DNA from: an uncultured Gammaproteobacteria bacterium | Lineage (GTDB): Bacteria; Patescibacteriota; Microgenomatia; Levybacterales; UBA12049 | Length of the DNA stretch: 64,000 nt | Assembly: GCA_964416445.1 (NCBI GenBank) | Contig: CAYQEE010000010.1 | Coordinates: 1,136 to 65,135, forward strand | Direction: 5' to 3' | Shown: one piece after another, positions 1 through 10,237 of the stretch | Numbering within the stretch: the first letter of the stretch is position 1 | How the letters are laid out: every line of letters starts with the position of its first letter | Translations under genes and position numbers: made by a program | The notes under the pieces: model-generated | Told to the model about the DNA's origin: nothing | The model's database searches: none | What the model saw: the letters and a program-made list of their open reading frames with translations, nothing else

Positions 1-145
1 AATGATTGTTCTATCAAAAGGACTAATATGCAATGTATCGCATTGCGTTAAGGTATATGCTTCTCGTTGTTTTTTATCAGGAGATACAATTAAAAAGCTG
101 TTCATATCCTTGTATTATAGCCAAAGTTTGTGTACGATAAAAGTA

Positions 146-1948
146 ATGCCCAACTCGGTAAATTCATCAAATTCTGTTCCTCCTGTACAAGGAGAACAAC
201 TAACAAATGCAGCCCAAAATACGGGGCAAGTAAATTCGTTTTCAGACAGTTCCAGAGATATTCTCGATATTCTTCTTGAGCAACATGCAATTAGTCAATC
301 TATTTATAATGAAGTCAAAACGAAAAGTGCAAGTTCAGGAAAATCTGCAGAAAAAATTTTGCTTGAACTGCATCTCGCAACTGAAGAAAAAATTGTTCAT
401 GCAAAAGCAGAACTTTTAAACACACCATTTGTCTCCCTTGCAACGATGGCATATTCGCCTGAAGCATTAAATTATGTTCCACAAGTAGTAGCACAGCGGT
501 TTAAACTCATTCCGTTTGCTTATGACGATAAATTAAAAATGTTATCCATTGCAATGGCAAATCCGATTGATTTAGAAGCACTCCAATTTGTTCGATTAAA
601 AACAGGATTAACTATTAAACCGTTTGCTGCAATTCCGAGTGAGGTACAAACCGCAATTGAAAATGAATATAACGAAGAACTTGCCGGTGAAGTCGGAAAA
701 GCAGTGCAAGAAACACAAGACTTAGATGTTAGAAAAACGGTTGATAGTAAACAAATAGGTGAACTCATTAAGGAAGCTCCCATTGCAAAAATCGTATCTA
801 CGATTCTTGAATATGGTGTCACCAGCAGAGCATCAGATATTCACATAGAACCGTTAGATGATCGAGTTCGAGTTCGTTATCGAATCGATGGTATTTTATA
901 TGAAAAATTAAATCTTCCAAAATCAGTACAGGAAGCAGTTATTTCTCGTATCAAAATTCTTTCTGAGATGAAAATTGATGAACATAGGACTCCACAAGAT
1001 GGTCGGTTTAATTTTAAAGTTGACGATCGAGAAGTCGATTTGCGTATTTCCGTATTACCTACCGTATTTGGGGAGAAAATTGTTATGCGATTACTGCTTA
1101 AATCCGGAGGTATACCTTCACTTGAGGAACTTGGATTAAATGGAACGTCACTGCTCAATCTCCAAACAGCAATGCTTCGACCACATGGCATTATTATTGT
1201 TTGTGGTCCAACAGGATCAGGAAAGACAACAACGCTCTACTCTGTCTTAAATAAATTAAATACTACTCGGGTGAATATTATGTCACTTGAAGACCCCGTT
1301 GAATATCAAATGGCTGGCGTTAACCAAGTACAAATTAATCCAGCTGTCGGCTTAACGTTTGCTTCGGGGCTTCGCGCATTCCTCCGACAAGACCCTAATA
1401 TTATTCTTGTTGGAGAAATTCGAGATGGTGAAACAGCAGAACTCGCGACCCAAGCAGCATTGACTGGCCATTTAGTATTTTCGACACTGCATACCTCGAA
1501 TGCAGCGGGGGCGTTACCTCGTCTTATTGATTTAGGAGCGGAACCTTTTTTAATTGCCTCAACAGTTAATGCGCTTCTTGGTCAACGTATTGTTCGAAAA
1601 AATTGTCAACATTGTAGAATTGGCTATAAACCTCCCCAACAATTAGTTGATGAAATTAAAAAAGAGCTTGGACCATTATTTCCGTCAACGTTACCTGAAG
1701 TAATTCTTTATAAAGGGAAAGGATGTATTGAATGTGGGGATAGTGGCTATTTCGGAAGAATTGGAATCTATGAAACATTACCAATTACCCAAAAAATAAC
1801 GCAGATTATTTTAACCCATCCAGACATCGCAGCGGTTGAAAAGCAAGCAATGGATGATGGTATGATTACCATGAAACAAGACGGCTATTTAAAAGTGTTA
1901 CAAGGAATAACCACAATAGAAGAAGTCCTTCGTGTGGCACAAGAGTAA
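146..1948 (+). CDS. pilB: Type IV pilus assembly ATPase PilB (GspE family)
   Basis: GSPII_E N-terminal domain pattern. Walker A GPTGSGKTT. Cys tetrad CQHC...CIEC. Length ~600 aa. The ORF-track N-terminal extension (2-145) is replaced by the first in-context ATG at 146. Confidence 0.85.
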   Translation: MPNSVNSSNSVPPVQGEQLTNAAQNTGQVNSFSDSSRDILDILLEQHAISQSIYNEVKTKSASSGKSAEKILLELHLATEEKIVHAKAELLNTPFVSLATMAYSPEALNYVPQVVAQRFKLIPFAYDDKLKMLSIAMANPIDLEALQFVRLKTGLTIKPFAAIPSEVQTAIENEYNEELAGEVGKAVQETQDLDVRKTVDSKQIGELIKEAPIAKIVSTILEYGVTSRASDIHIEPLDDRVRVRYRIDGILYEKLNLPKSVQEAVISRIKILSEMKIDEHRTPQDGRFNFKVDDREVDLRISVLPTVFGEKIVMRLLLKSGGIPSLEELGLNGTSLLNLQTAMLRPHGIIIVCGPTGSGKTTTLYSVLNKLNTTRVNIMSLEDPVEYQMAGVNQVQINPAVGLTFASGLRAFLRQDPNIILVGEIRDGETAELATQAALTGHLVFSTLHTSNAAGALPRLIDLGAEPFLIASTVNALLGQRIVRKNCQHCRIGYKPPQQLVDEIKKELGPLFPSTLPEVILYKGKGCIECGDSGYFGRIGIYETLPITQKITQIILTHPDIAAVEKQAMDDGMITMKQDGYLKVLQGITTIEEVLRVAQE

Positions 1949-1952
1949 TCCT

Positions 1953-3020
1953 ATGACAATTAAAGAATTATTGGATTTAACGGTTAAAAATAATGCATCA
2001 GATTTACATTTAATTCCTGATATCTCCCCTGTTCTTCGCATTGATGGGGAGCTGTTATATTTAACAGATTATGCGGATCTTTCTCAGCAAGATGTTGAAG
2101 AAATGATTTTTTCTATCATTAATGATGCGCAAAAGGAATTGCTAATCAATAATAAAGAACTTGATTTTTCTATCGCATATGGCGGTGGTGTTTTTGGAAA
2201 TTTAGGAAGATTTCGGGTGAATGCATATTTTCAACGAGGTGTTTTGTGTGGCGCGTTTCGGTATTTACCAAAAGCAATTCGGACGATCGATGAATTGCAT
2301 CTTCCCAGGGTTTGTCATAAATTTACCACAATGAGACAAGGGCTTGTTTTAGTAACGGGACCAACAGGACAAGGAAAATCAACCACACTGGCAGCAATTA
2401 TTAACGAAATTAACATGGATCGAGCAGCCCATATTTTAACTATTGAAGATCCTGTTGAGTATATTTATCCAAAGGGGCGAAGTATTATCTCGCAACGTGA
2501 AATGAAAATCGATACCCATTCTTGGAATTTAGCTCTTCGGAGTGCGCTTCGTGAAGACCCAGATGTCGTGCTCATTGGAGAAATGCGAGACGCTGACACG
2601 ATGGCAGCAGCCATGACCATTGCAGAAACTGGCCATTTAGTTTTTTCAACCCTCCATACTAATTCAGCAGCGCAAAGTGTTGATCGTATTATTGACTCAT
2701 TTCAGAGTAGCCAGCAAAACCAAATTCGTAAACAATTATCCTTGGTACTCAAAGGCATTGTTTCGCAACGATTACTTCCCCAAATTGGTGGGGGACGAGT
2801 TTTAGCAGTTGAAGTCATGTTGGGTACCTCAGCGATTGCCAGTAATATTCGAGATGGAAAAACACATTTAATCGATTCGGTTATTCAGACCTCAGTCGAT
2901 GTGGGAATGATCAGTTTAGATTCTTCGCTTTCGCAACTGGTGTTATCAGGTGCAGTCAGTTTGGAAGTCGCAAAAGAATATAGTATGCATCAAGACGAAT
3001 TTTTACATATGATTAGTTAA
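1953..3020 (+). CDS. pilT: Twitching-motility retraction ATPase PilT
   Basis: 362 aa. Walker A GPTGQGKSTT. HLVFSTLHTNSAAQSVDRI motif typical of PilT/PilU. ATG at 1953 lies 5 nt after the pilB stop with AAGAG upstream. An alternative ATG at 1932 would overlap pilB. Confidence 0.8.
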   Translation: MTIKELLDLTVKNNASDLHLIPDISPVLRIDGELLYLTDYADLSQQDVEEMIFSIINDAQKELLINNKELDFSIAYGGGVFGNLGRFRVNAYFQRGVLCGAFRYLPKAIRTIDELHLPRVCHKFTTMRQGLVLVTGPTGQGKSTTLAAIINEINMDRAAHILTIEDPVEYIYPKGRSIISQREMKIDTHSWNLALRSALREDPDVVLIGEMRDADTMAAAMTIAETGHLVFSTLHTNSAAQSVDRIIDSFQSSQQNQIRKQLSLVLKGIVSQRLLPQIGGGRVLAVEVMLGTSAIASNIRDGKTHLIDSVIQTSVDVGMISLDSSLSQLVLSGAVSLEVAKEYSMHQDEFLHMIS

Positions 3021-3025
3021 CGTCC

Positions 3026-4228
3026 ATGAAAATTATCTACAAAGCAGCGACGGCAAAAGGAGAAATTAAAGAAGGTATCATTGAGGCACGGGATGTGAAT
3101 CAAGCAGTCTATTTTATTCGAAGTAAAGATTTGCTTCCGATAACGGTCAAACAAAAACAAGACGCAGGTCTCCTTTTTACTTCCATCTTTAATTCCGTTG
3201 GGCAAAAAGATATAGTTCTTTTTACTCGGCAACTTTCTTCAATGATCTCATCAGGATTAACCCTTGTGCAATCGCTTGAAATTTTAAAAGAACAAATGCC
3301 CAATGCAGCACTTCGTGAAATTATTACCAGTGTTATTGCAGATGTTCAGGAAGGAAAGTTATTTTCTTATGCAATTAGCAAGTATCCGAAAATATTTTCC
3401 CCTATTTATATTTCGCTTGTAAAATCAGGAGAATCATCAGGACTTCTTGATAAAATTTTTGAACGTTTAGCAAATAACCTGGAAAAAAGTCAAAAAGTGC
3501 GTGGACAAGTTGTTTCATCCCTAATCTATCCGGCAATGGTATTTTCTCTGTTAATTATTGTGATGATTATTATGGTCATTTTCATTGTTCCGCAGATTGA
3601 AAACCTCTATGCGAGTTTAAATACCACGCTTCCTGTTCCTACCTTAATTGTTATTGGTATTTCTCATTTTCTTATTAATTTTTGGCCACTCTTTTTAGGA
3701 AGCATTGCGCTCGTTGTTTTCTCATATAAACGGTGGGTTTCAACAGATTTTGGAAGAATATTGCGTGATAAGTTTGTTATTTCTATTCCGCTTATTGGAC
3801 GGTTAGTCCAGTTGTCAGTGCTTACTGAATTTTCACGAACACTAGGGTTATTAATCAATTCTGGCACCCTGATTGTTGAATCATTACAAAAAACATCAGA
3901 TATTGCAGGAAATCGAATTTATCGTGATGCAATTATTGATATTTCTCATCGGGTCGAAAAAGGTATTACTCTAGGTGATGCGATGGCTACCTATGATATC
4001 TTTCCGCCCATTCTTGTCCAAATGGTAAAAATAGGTGAACAAACAGGCAAATTGGATGAATCGTTATTGAAAGTTTCTGAATATTTTGAACGAGAGGTTG
4101 AAGGTGTAGTGAAAGCACTGACAACGGCAATTGAACCTATTATTATGATTGTGCTAGGTCTCGGAGTGGCCTTTCTCTTAATTGCAATTATTACTCCAAT
4201 TTATAATATTACCACCCAAATTCATTAA
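3026..4228 (+). CDS. pilC: Type IV pilus inner-membrane platform protein PilC (GspF family)
   Basis: 400 aa with two GspF-like repeats and three hydrophobic segments. Immediately follows pilT. Confidence 0.8.
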   Translation: MKIIYKAATAKGEIKEGIIEARDVNQAVYFIRSKDLLPITVKQKQDAGLLFTSIFNSVGQKDIVLFTRQLSSMISSGLTLVQSLEILKEQMPNAALREIITSVIADVQEGKLFSYAISKYPKIFSPIYISLVKSGESSGLLDKIFERLANNLEKSQKVRGQVVSSLIYPAMVFSLLIIVMIIMVIFIVPQIENLYASLNTTLPVPTLIVIGISHFLINFWPLFLGSIALVVFSYKRWVSTDFGRILRDKFVISIPLIGRLVQLSVLTEFSRTLGLLINSGTLIVESLQKTSDIAGNRIYRDAIIDISHRVEKGITLGDAMATYDIFPPILVQMVKIGEQTGKLDESLLKVSEYFEREVEGVVKALTTAIEPIIMIVLGLGVAFLLIAIITPIYNITTQIH

Positions 4229-4311
4229 AAGTTTGATAGAGATTGATGCAGTTGACAACGAAGTAAGCAATATGGAATAGTAAATAAGGAGATAAAAAGA
4301 GAGTACCGAAT

Positions 4312-4887
4312 ATGATTGAACGACATCTTTGCCCTCAGCAACAAAAAGGATTTACTTTAGTAGAGCTTCTCATTGTTATTGCTATTATTGGTGTGTTAGC
4401 AGGAGTATTACTGGTTGCCTTAAATCCTTTTGAACAATTTGCTCGAGCACGGGATGCCGGACGTGTAAGTGCCGTAACTCAAATTGGCAGAGCAGTTGCT
4501 AATTATTATACGTCTCATGCAGGCAATACGTTCCCTCCCACATCTACTTGGTATACGGAACTTACTGCGAATTCGAGTGACATTAACACCTTATCTGTAC
4601 CTCTTGTTTCAGGTGCAAATACTAATTGTACAGTCAATGCACAATCAGCAAATAGTAATGTGTGTTATAACACAATTAGTTCTGGTGCTGATGCAGCTGT
4701 GTGGACTGCTGCGGAATCACAAAACGAAATTAATAAATATAAAGCTGGTAATGGTGGAACGGCATGTGCAAATCTTGTTGAGTTTGTGTATGTTTTTTCA
4801 AAAGGGCAAGTGTATCTTGATTGTCTCGCGAAAGCAACAAGTCCAGTCGTTACCGGTTCAACACCTGATGTTTTAGTTGCCCCTTAA
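4312..4887 (+). CDS. Type IV pilin (prepilin-type N-terminal cleavage/methylation domain), candidate major pilin
   Basis: Leader MIERHLCPQQQKG followed by FTLVELLIVIAIIGVLAGV (class III signal, E at +5). C-terminal Cys pairs. AGGAGA RBS. TTGACA at 4252-4257 upstream. Confidence 0.75.
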   Translation: MIERHLCPQQQKGFTLVELLIVIAIIGVLAGVLLVALNPFEQFARARDAGRVSAVTQIGRAVANYYTSHAGNTFPPTSTWYTELTANSSDINTLSVPLVSGANTNCTVNAQSANSNVCYNTISSGADAAVWTAAESQNEINKYKAGNGGTACANLVEFVYVFSKGQVYLDCLAKATSPVVTGSTPDVLVAP

Positions 4888-4920
4888 GTATTTTTGAAAA
4901 TAATATAGTATAGTATCATT

Positions 4921-5697
4921 GTGGTTTATTGGTTTTCGTTTATTTTCATCTTTTGTCTTGGTGCCGTTATTGGAAGTTTCCTCAACGTTTTGATTGATCG
5001 AATCCCACGTGGTGAAAATCCCTTACAAGGAAGGTCTCATTGTGACTATTGTCATCATAAGCTTGCATGGTATGATCTTATTCCCTATCTATCCTTTATC
5101 CTGTTAAGAGGAAACTGTCGGTATTGTCATAAGTTTATTGGTTGGAAATATCCCTTTATTGAACTTTCTACAGCATGTTTGTTTTTAGCAACAGTGGTAA
5201 GTATGTCATTTACTTCTTCATTTGATCTTGTCCGTCTTTTGTATCTGCTTCTTATTGATGCATCCCTCATATGTATTTTTTATACTGATTTATTTTCCGG
5301 TATTATTCCTGATGTTATCATTTTCCCAACGATGCTGATTGCCGGACTGTATGTCTTAACAACACAAGGCACCGGGAGTATGTTTTATCTGTTTTCTGCT
5401 GTAGGCGCACTGTTATTTTTTCTCTTGCTCTTTACGATTACAAAAGGTCGTGGTATGGGATTTGGGGATGTGAAATTTTCATTTTTAATTGGTCTCATTC
5501 TTGGATGGCCGAATACGTTTTTAAGCATCTATGTGGCATTCTTGACAGGTGCGGCAGTTGCTTTCATACTAATTTTATGGAAGAAAAAAAAACTACGGGG
5601 AAGTACCATACCATTTGGTCCATTTCTTGTTTTTGGAACGTTTATCTCGCTCTTTTTCGGAACATTTCTCCTGCATCGTATTATGACCATTCTGTGA
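4921..5697 (+). CDS. pilD: Prepilin peptidase / N-methyltransferase PilD (peptidase A24)
   Basis: N-terminal CxxC...CxxC zinc motif (CDYCHHKLAW...CRYCHKF). Multi-TM protein. GMGFGDVKF catalytic Asp motif. Confidence 0.8.
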   Translation: MVYWFSFIFIFCLGAVIGSFLNVLIDRIPRGENPLQGRSHCDYCHHKLAWYDLIPYLSFILLRGNCRYCHKFIGWKYPFIELSTACLFLATVVSMSFTSSFDLVRLLYLLLIDASLICIFYTDLFSGIIPDVIIFPTMLIAGLYVLTTQGTGSMFYLFSAVGALLFFLLLFTITKGRGMGFGDVKFSFLIGLILGWPNTFLSIYVAFLTGAAVAFILILWKKKKLRGSTIPFGPFLVFGTFISLFFGTFLLHRIMTIL

Positions 5698-6203
5698 AAA
5701 TCAAAAGACAACAAGGATTTGGATTCATACAAATGATTGTTGCTGCTGCTTTTTTCTTTGTCATTGGGAGTATTCTTGTCAATATTTTTCATCCAATTGC
5801 GGCACTTCAAAACTCCAATGATGCAATACGAAAAACGGATCTCAATACATTAGATACTGCTCTTGAAACGTATTATCAGAAATATAAGCGATATCCTGAT
5901 GCAAGTAATGATTTTAAAATCATGGTAAGTAAACAATCACTCCAGTGGGGTCAAGATGGATTTGTTCCCTACCTCACTGTGCTTCCGCAAGATCCACTTT
6001 CCAATCATCAATATGTCTATTACACAGCAGATAATAACCAAGCATTTTGGCTTTATGCATCCTTGGAAAATAATGCTGATAGTCAGGCATGTGGGAAAAA
6101 TTGTAATTTCGGAAATGGAGATATTCCCGCAACTGCTTGTAGCAAAAGTGATCCTTCCATTCAATGTAATTATGGGGTATCAAGTTCCAATGTTACTCCG
6201 TAA
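5691..6203 (+). CDS. Pilin-like protein with atypical class III signal (GTG start overlapping the pilD stop)
   Basis: Frame continuous with the ORF-track 5505 ORF. Reads (V/M)KIKRQQG|FGFIQMIVAAAFFFVIGSILV. Q replaces the usual E at +5. C-terminal Cys-rich pseudopilin-like region. An alternative ATG at 5733 would lack the leader. Confidence 0.5.
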   Translation, partial: SVKIKRQQGFGFIQMIVAAAFFFVIGSILVNIFHPIAALQNSNDAIRKTDLNTLDTALETYYQKYKRYPDASNDFKIMVSKQSLQWGQDGFVPYLTVLPQDPLSNHQYVYYTADNNQAFWLYASLENNADSQACGKNCNFGNGDIPATACSKSDPSIQCNYGVSSSNVTP

Positions 6204-6226
6204 GAAAATGTATATAATAGATTAAT

Positions 6227-6727
6227 ATGAGAAGAAGGCCATGTATACTATCAAAAGGATTTACGTTAGTTGAACTGCTTGTTGTCATGGGCGTTATTGC
6301 TGTTCTCGCCACTGTTTTAATTTCAGTGATTAATCCGAATACCCAGTTTGCAAAAGCTCGAGATGGACAGCGCAAAGCGTATCTTGAACAAATTCGTTCT
6401 GCGCTGGAACAATATCGTGCAGATCAGGGATCTTATCCCGTGGTACCGAATACCCAATATTATTTAATTACCTGTGGTACCGGTAATTCATTCTCTGGTG
6501 GTCAAACGACTTATATTGTGAATTTTCCTTGTGATCCACTCGGTTCTTCTCAATCATACAACGGCGGAAATTTTGTCTACCAAGGAACAACGGGAACGAC
6601 ATACAATTTGGTAGCTTGTTTGGAAATTGCAAGTGATCCGCAAGCGATCAGTGCATCGCAACTTCCCTCAGGAATACCATCCAGTAACTGTGGTACGAAA
6701 AAATTTTACTTAGTCACGAATCCATAA
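6227..6727 (+). CDS. Type IV pilin/pseudopilin (prepilin N-terminal domain)
   Basis: KGFTLVELLVVMGVIAVLATV class III signal. 166 aa. Confidence 0.75.
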   Translation: MRRRPCILSKGFTLVELLVVMGVIAVLATVLISVINPNTQFAKARDGQRKAYLEQIRSALEQYRADQGSYPVVPNTQYYLITCGTGNSFSGGQTTYIVNFPCDPLGSSQSYNGGNFVYQGTTGTTYNLVACLEIASDPQAISASQLPSGIPSSNCGTKKFYLVTNP

Positions 6728-6728
6728 T

Positions 6729-7259
6729 ATGGAAAATAAAATAACAACGAAACCTATCCAAAACGGGTTTACGTTAATTGAGCTTCTGATTGTTATGGCC
6801 ATTATTACCTTTATTGCTGCAGCAGGCGTTGTCCTCTCGGCAAATTATGGAACAACGCAGCTGATGCTAACGGCAAGCCAGGATATTCGTAACACACTCT
6901 ACAGTGCTCGTTCAGAAGCGCAATCAGTCGTGAGTCAACCTTGTCAAACAAGTTCATTTAATGGTGTCCAAGTTTCGTATTGTGCTTCAAGTGACACGAA
7001 TGGGCATAGTTGTAGTTCGCAGTGTGCTTCGAGTCCGTTACCTTCTTTTGAAGAAGATATTTCTTGTGGTGGACCAACCCCAACTCTCATGGTCGTGCAG
7101 ACGAAAACAGTAAATCCTCAAATAACAATCGTTCCGGATAATTGTACGCAATTGTTTCAACCACTCGGAAATGTTGTTACGGGAAGTGGTAATATCCAAG
7201 TATCCAATGGTTCGAAAACGCAAACAATAACCGTCAATTCGAATGGGGTGATTCAATGA
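6729..7259 (+). CDS. Type IV pilin/pseudopilin
   Basis: NGFTLIELLIVMAIITFIAA signal. 176 aa. Cys-rich C-terminus. Confidence 0.75.
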   Translation: MENKITTKPIQNGFTLIELLIVMAIITFIAAAGVVLSANYGTTQLMLTASQDIRNTLYSARSEAQSVVSQPCQTSSFNGVQVSYCASSDTNGHSCSSQCASSPLPSFEEDISCGGPTPTLMVVQTKTVNPQITIVPDNCTQLFQPLGNVVTGSGNIQVSNGSKTQTITVNSNGVIQ

Positions 7260-7783
7260 AAAAGCAGTCCGGACAAACATTAATTGAGGTACTGATTTCC
7301 TTAGTGGTTGCCGGAACAATTGTTACGGCAATTACCTTTTCGGTGATTAGTTCACTGAAAAATTCGCAGTATGCAAAAAATCAAACGTCGGCAACCGAAT
7401 ATGCTCAACAGGGTATCGAAATTGTGAAAAATGTGAGAGATCAAAATTATGGTACCTTTACAAGTTTAGGAGGCGTTTCCGGTGGTACCTATTGTCTTGC
7501 CGATAGTTGTACCAGTATTTCTTCAAATGTAAATGATCCTTGTGGGCCTCCCGCTTCCAAATGTAACCTCAATGTTCCCCTTCCTTCGCCAACGTTTATT
7601 CGGCAGGTTTTTATTCAACAACAAGCTGCAAATTGTACAGGGCCCTCTCTCGGTACCCAAGCAGGAGCACTTGTTAACGTTACGGTTTCCTGGACCGACG
7701 CACAATGTGCTGGAAGTAGTTATTGTCATCAAGTAAATAATGAGACGTGTTTAACAAACTATGGACAAATTGTATCACCATAA
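7256..7783 (+). CDS. Minor pilin-like protein (prepilin-type N-terminus, Q at +1)
   Basis: MKKQSG|QTLIEVLISLVVAGTIV. 175 aa. 4-nt overlap with the upstream gene. Confidence 0.6.
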   Translation: MKKQSGQTLIEVLISLVVAGTIVTAITFSVISSLKNSQYAKNQTSATEYAQQGIEIVKNVRDQNYGTFTSLGGVSGGTYCLADSCTSISSNVNDPCGPPASKCNLNVPLPSPTFIRQVFIQQQAANCTGPSLGTQAGALVNVTVSWTDAQCAGSSYCHQVNNETCLTNYGQIVSP

Positions 7784-8315
7784 CAAAAAAACATACGGAT
7801 TTACCTTAATTGAACTTTTGATTGTTATTGTCATTTTGGGGTCTGTTGGAACTATTGTGGCAATTATTCTGATTAATTCACTCCGCACGTCCACGAAAAC
7901 GGATATTCTCAATGTCATAAAAAATAACGGCGATTTTGCTATGTCACAAATTGTCCAAAATGCTCGATACGCTGCAAGTGTCTCCTGTCAATCATTGCCA
8001 AATCCTTCTCCTCAGTTAACCATTAATGCAGTAAACGGAGCGCAAACAATCTATACATGTTCAGGTACATCACTTACGTCGACTACAATTACGGGAGGAA
8101 CAACACCAACACCAGCGCCGTTACTTGATACTAACTCTGTTGCCGTGGTAGCAAATTCGTGTAACTTTATTTGTACTCAAGCAAATTCAACATCAAATGC
8201 ATTTGTCCAAATTATTTTTTCCTTGCAAACAACCAATACGGGAACGTTGCAAGAACAAACAGCACCAGCACAACGATTTTCAACATCAGTAACCTTGCGT
8301 AATGTGAGCCGATAA
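7761..8315 (+). CDS. Type IV pilin/pseudopilin
   Basis: YGFTLIELLIVIVILGSVGT signal. 184 aa. Confidence 0.7.
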   Translation: MDKLYHHNKKTYGFTLIELLIVIVILGSVGTIVAIILINSLRTSTKTDILNVIKNNGDFAMSQIVQNARYAASVSCQSLPNPSPQLTINAVNGAQTIYTCSGTSLTSTTITGGTTPTPAPLLDTNSVAVVANSCNFICTQANSTSNAFVQIIFSLQTTNTGTLQEQTAPAQRFSTSVTLRNVSR

Positions 8316-8360
8316 CGAAAGAGAGTTGACAGCGAAGGATGGGATTGTTACGCTACATTT

Positions 8361-9206
8361 ATGCCCAAAATTGTTGGTACTTGCTCTTCACAACGAGGAC
8401 AAACCCTGCTCGTCGTTATTATTGTTATGGTGGTTGTCTTAACCGTTGGATTGTCCCTTGCATCACGGAATGTTGTTAATTTAAAAACGACTACAGAACA
8501 ACAAAATTCTCAGAAAGCTCTTTCAGCTGCTGAAGCAGGTGTGGAACAAGCACTAGTTGGTAATGTCGTGAACAATCAGAGTTTAGGAAATGCTACCATT
8601 TCCAATGTGACAATTCAGCAAACTGCGGGAACCTCATTTTTATTAAATAATGGAAGTTATGTGAATCAAGATGACGGGCAAGATGTGTGGTTAACAACGT
8701 ATGATACGAATCCGCACAATCTCTATCAACCCCCTTTTTGGAATGGTTCATTAACGTTCTATTGGGGTTCTGCCTCAGATGTCTGTAGTAAAAATACCGA
8801 TCATGCGCCAAATACTATGGCAGCCCTCGAAGTGATTAAAATATTAAGTAGTAGCTCTTCAAGCTTTAACCCAATCATTGATCGACAAGTCTATGATCCT
8901 TGTAGTGCACGGGCGGCATTTAATCATTTTACGGTAGCGAATACCAACACATCAGTAACAATCAATGGTGTCACTCCTGCATATGCCACCAATCTCATGA
9001 ATTTAAGTGATGGTGTTATCGTTCGTGTGATTCCTCTTTACGCGAATGCGGTGATTGGTGTTGTAGGAACGAAGAATCTCCCTGTCCAAGGCAAAACAAT
9101 TACATCAACAGGGAATGCAGGATCGACCCAACGAACAATTTCTTATTATCAGCAAAATGATTCTGTTCCTTCAGAATTTTATTATTCTATTTTTTCAACT
9201 CAATAA
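8361..9206 (+). CDS. PilX-like large minor pilin
   Basis: N-terminus RGQTLLVVIIVMVVVLTVGLSLAS resembles the PilX_N pseudopilin segment. 281 aa. Confidence 0.5.
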   Translation: MPKIVGTCSSQRGQTLLVVIIVMVVVLTVGLSLASRNVVNLKTTTEQQNSQKALSAAEAGVEQALVGNVVNNQSLGNATISNVTIQQTAGTSFLLNNGSYVNQDDGQDVWLTTYDTNPHNLYQPPFWNGSLTFYWGSASDVCSKNTDHAPNTMAALEVIKILSSSSSSFNPIIDRQVYDPCSARAAFNHFTVANTNTSVTINGVTPAYATNLMNLSDGVIVRVIPLYANAVIGVVGTKNLPVQGKTITSTGNAGSTQRTISYYQQNDSVPSEFYYSIFSTQ

Positions 9207-10237
9207 TGAAAAACAAAGTATTTGGCCTTGATATTGGGGCAACATCACTCAAAGCAGTCTGGATGGATCGAAAGAAAGATGGCTATTTGCTGAATTCTGT
9301 TTTTACTGCGGCTTCCCCTCCAAAAGGCATGTTATCCGAATCGCCATTTGATCAAGAAGAAATGGCTGGTGTTATTGATAAATTATTAAAAGATGCCAAT
9401 ATTCGTGCGAAAAGTGTGAATATTTCTCTCCCTGAAAATCAAGTATTTACCAAAGTCATTGAAATGCCCTTATTAACAGAAAAAGAGATTGCGTCAGCAA
9501 TTTACTGGGAAGCGGAACAAAATATTCCTGTTCCCTTGAATACCATAACCCTTGATTATCAGATTTTACGCTACCCACAACCACAAGATGCCAATCAACG
9601 AATGACGGTCTTGTTAGTTGGTGCACCGACACAACTCATTAATAAATATGAAACTATTTTAGGAATTGCGGGACTCTCGATATCAGCGGTAGAAACAGAA
9701 ATTCTCTCCGTTGTTCGGTCCATTATTACAGAACAAAATTTTCCCACCTCACTTATTGTGAATGTCGGAGCTATTAGTACTTCCTTTGCTATTGTCAAGA
9801 ATAATATTGTCGTTTTTACCTACTCAGTGGCAGTTGGAGGAACAGCATTGAGTCGAGCCATTGCAGCAGATTTTGGTTTTTCAGCACAGCAAGCAGAGGA
9901 ATATAAAAAAGCATACGGTATTTCTGATAAAAACTTTGGAGGGAAAATAGGAAGAGCGACAGAACCGGTCCTTTCGTCGTTGCTTGCTGAAACAAAAAAG
10001 GCACTTGCGTATTATAACGAGAAGTATACGGACGATACGATCAAACAAATTATCTTATCCGGTGGTACTGCAAAACTTCCCGGGTTTAATACGTTTTTGG
10101 CTACCAATATTGGTATTGAAATCAATATTGCCAATCCTTGGAAAGTATTAGTGGCACAAGATGTCCCACGTGAAATTATTGATGACGCCCCCTCCTACTC
10201 AGTTGCAGTGGGACTTGCAATGAGAGATTATGAATAG
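9206..10237 (+). CDS. pilM: Type IV pilus assembly ATPase-fold protein PilM
   Basis: Actin/FtsA-like fold signature (VFGLDIGATSLKAV). 343 aa. Followed by PilN and PilO. Confidence 0.75.
   Translation: MKNKVFGLDIGATSLKAVWMDRKKDGYLLNSVFTAASPPKGMLSESPFDQEEMAGVIDKLLKDANIRAKSVNISLPENQVFTKVIEMPLLTEKEIASAIYWEAEQNIPVPLNTITLDYQILRYPQPQDANQRMTVLLVGAPTQLINKYETILGIAGLSISAVETEILSVVRSIITEQNFPTSLIVNVGAISTSFAIVKNNIVVFTYSVAVGGTALSRAIAADFGFSAQQAEEYKKAYGISDKNFGGKIGRATEPVLSSLLAETKKALAYYNEKYTDDTIKQIILSGGTAKLPGFNTFLATNIGIEINIANPWKVLVAQDVPREIIDDAPSYSVAVGLAMRDYE

Noticed and set aside
2-145. N-terminal extension of pilB to the window edge
   Set aside because: An in-context ATG at 146 gives a normal PilB N-terminus. 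The extension has no homology features.
4484-4876. 130-aa ORF on the plus strand overlapping the pilin gene in another frame
   Set aside because: Entirely nested in a well-supported pilin CDS. Leucine-rich translation is typical of an off-frame read of AT-rich sequence.
5505-5690. Upstream extension of the pilin-like ORF (ORF-track start 5505)
   Set aside because: It overlaps pilD in another frame. The biologically sensible start is GTG 5691 (or ATG 5733), which produces a class III signal.
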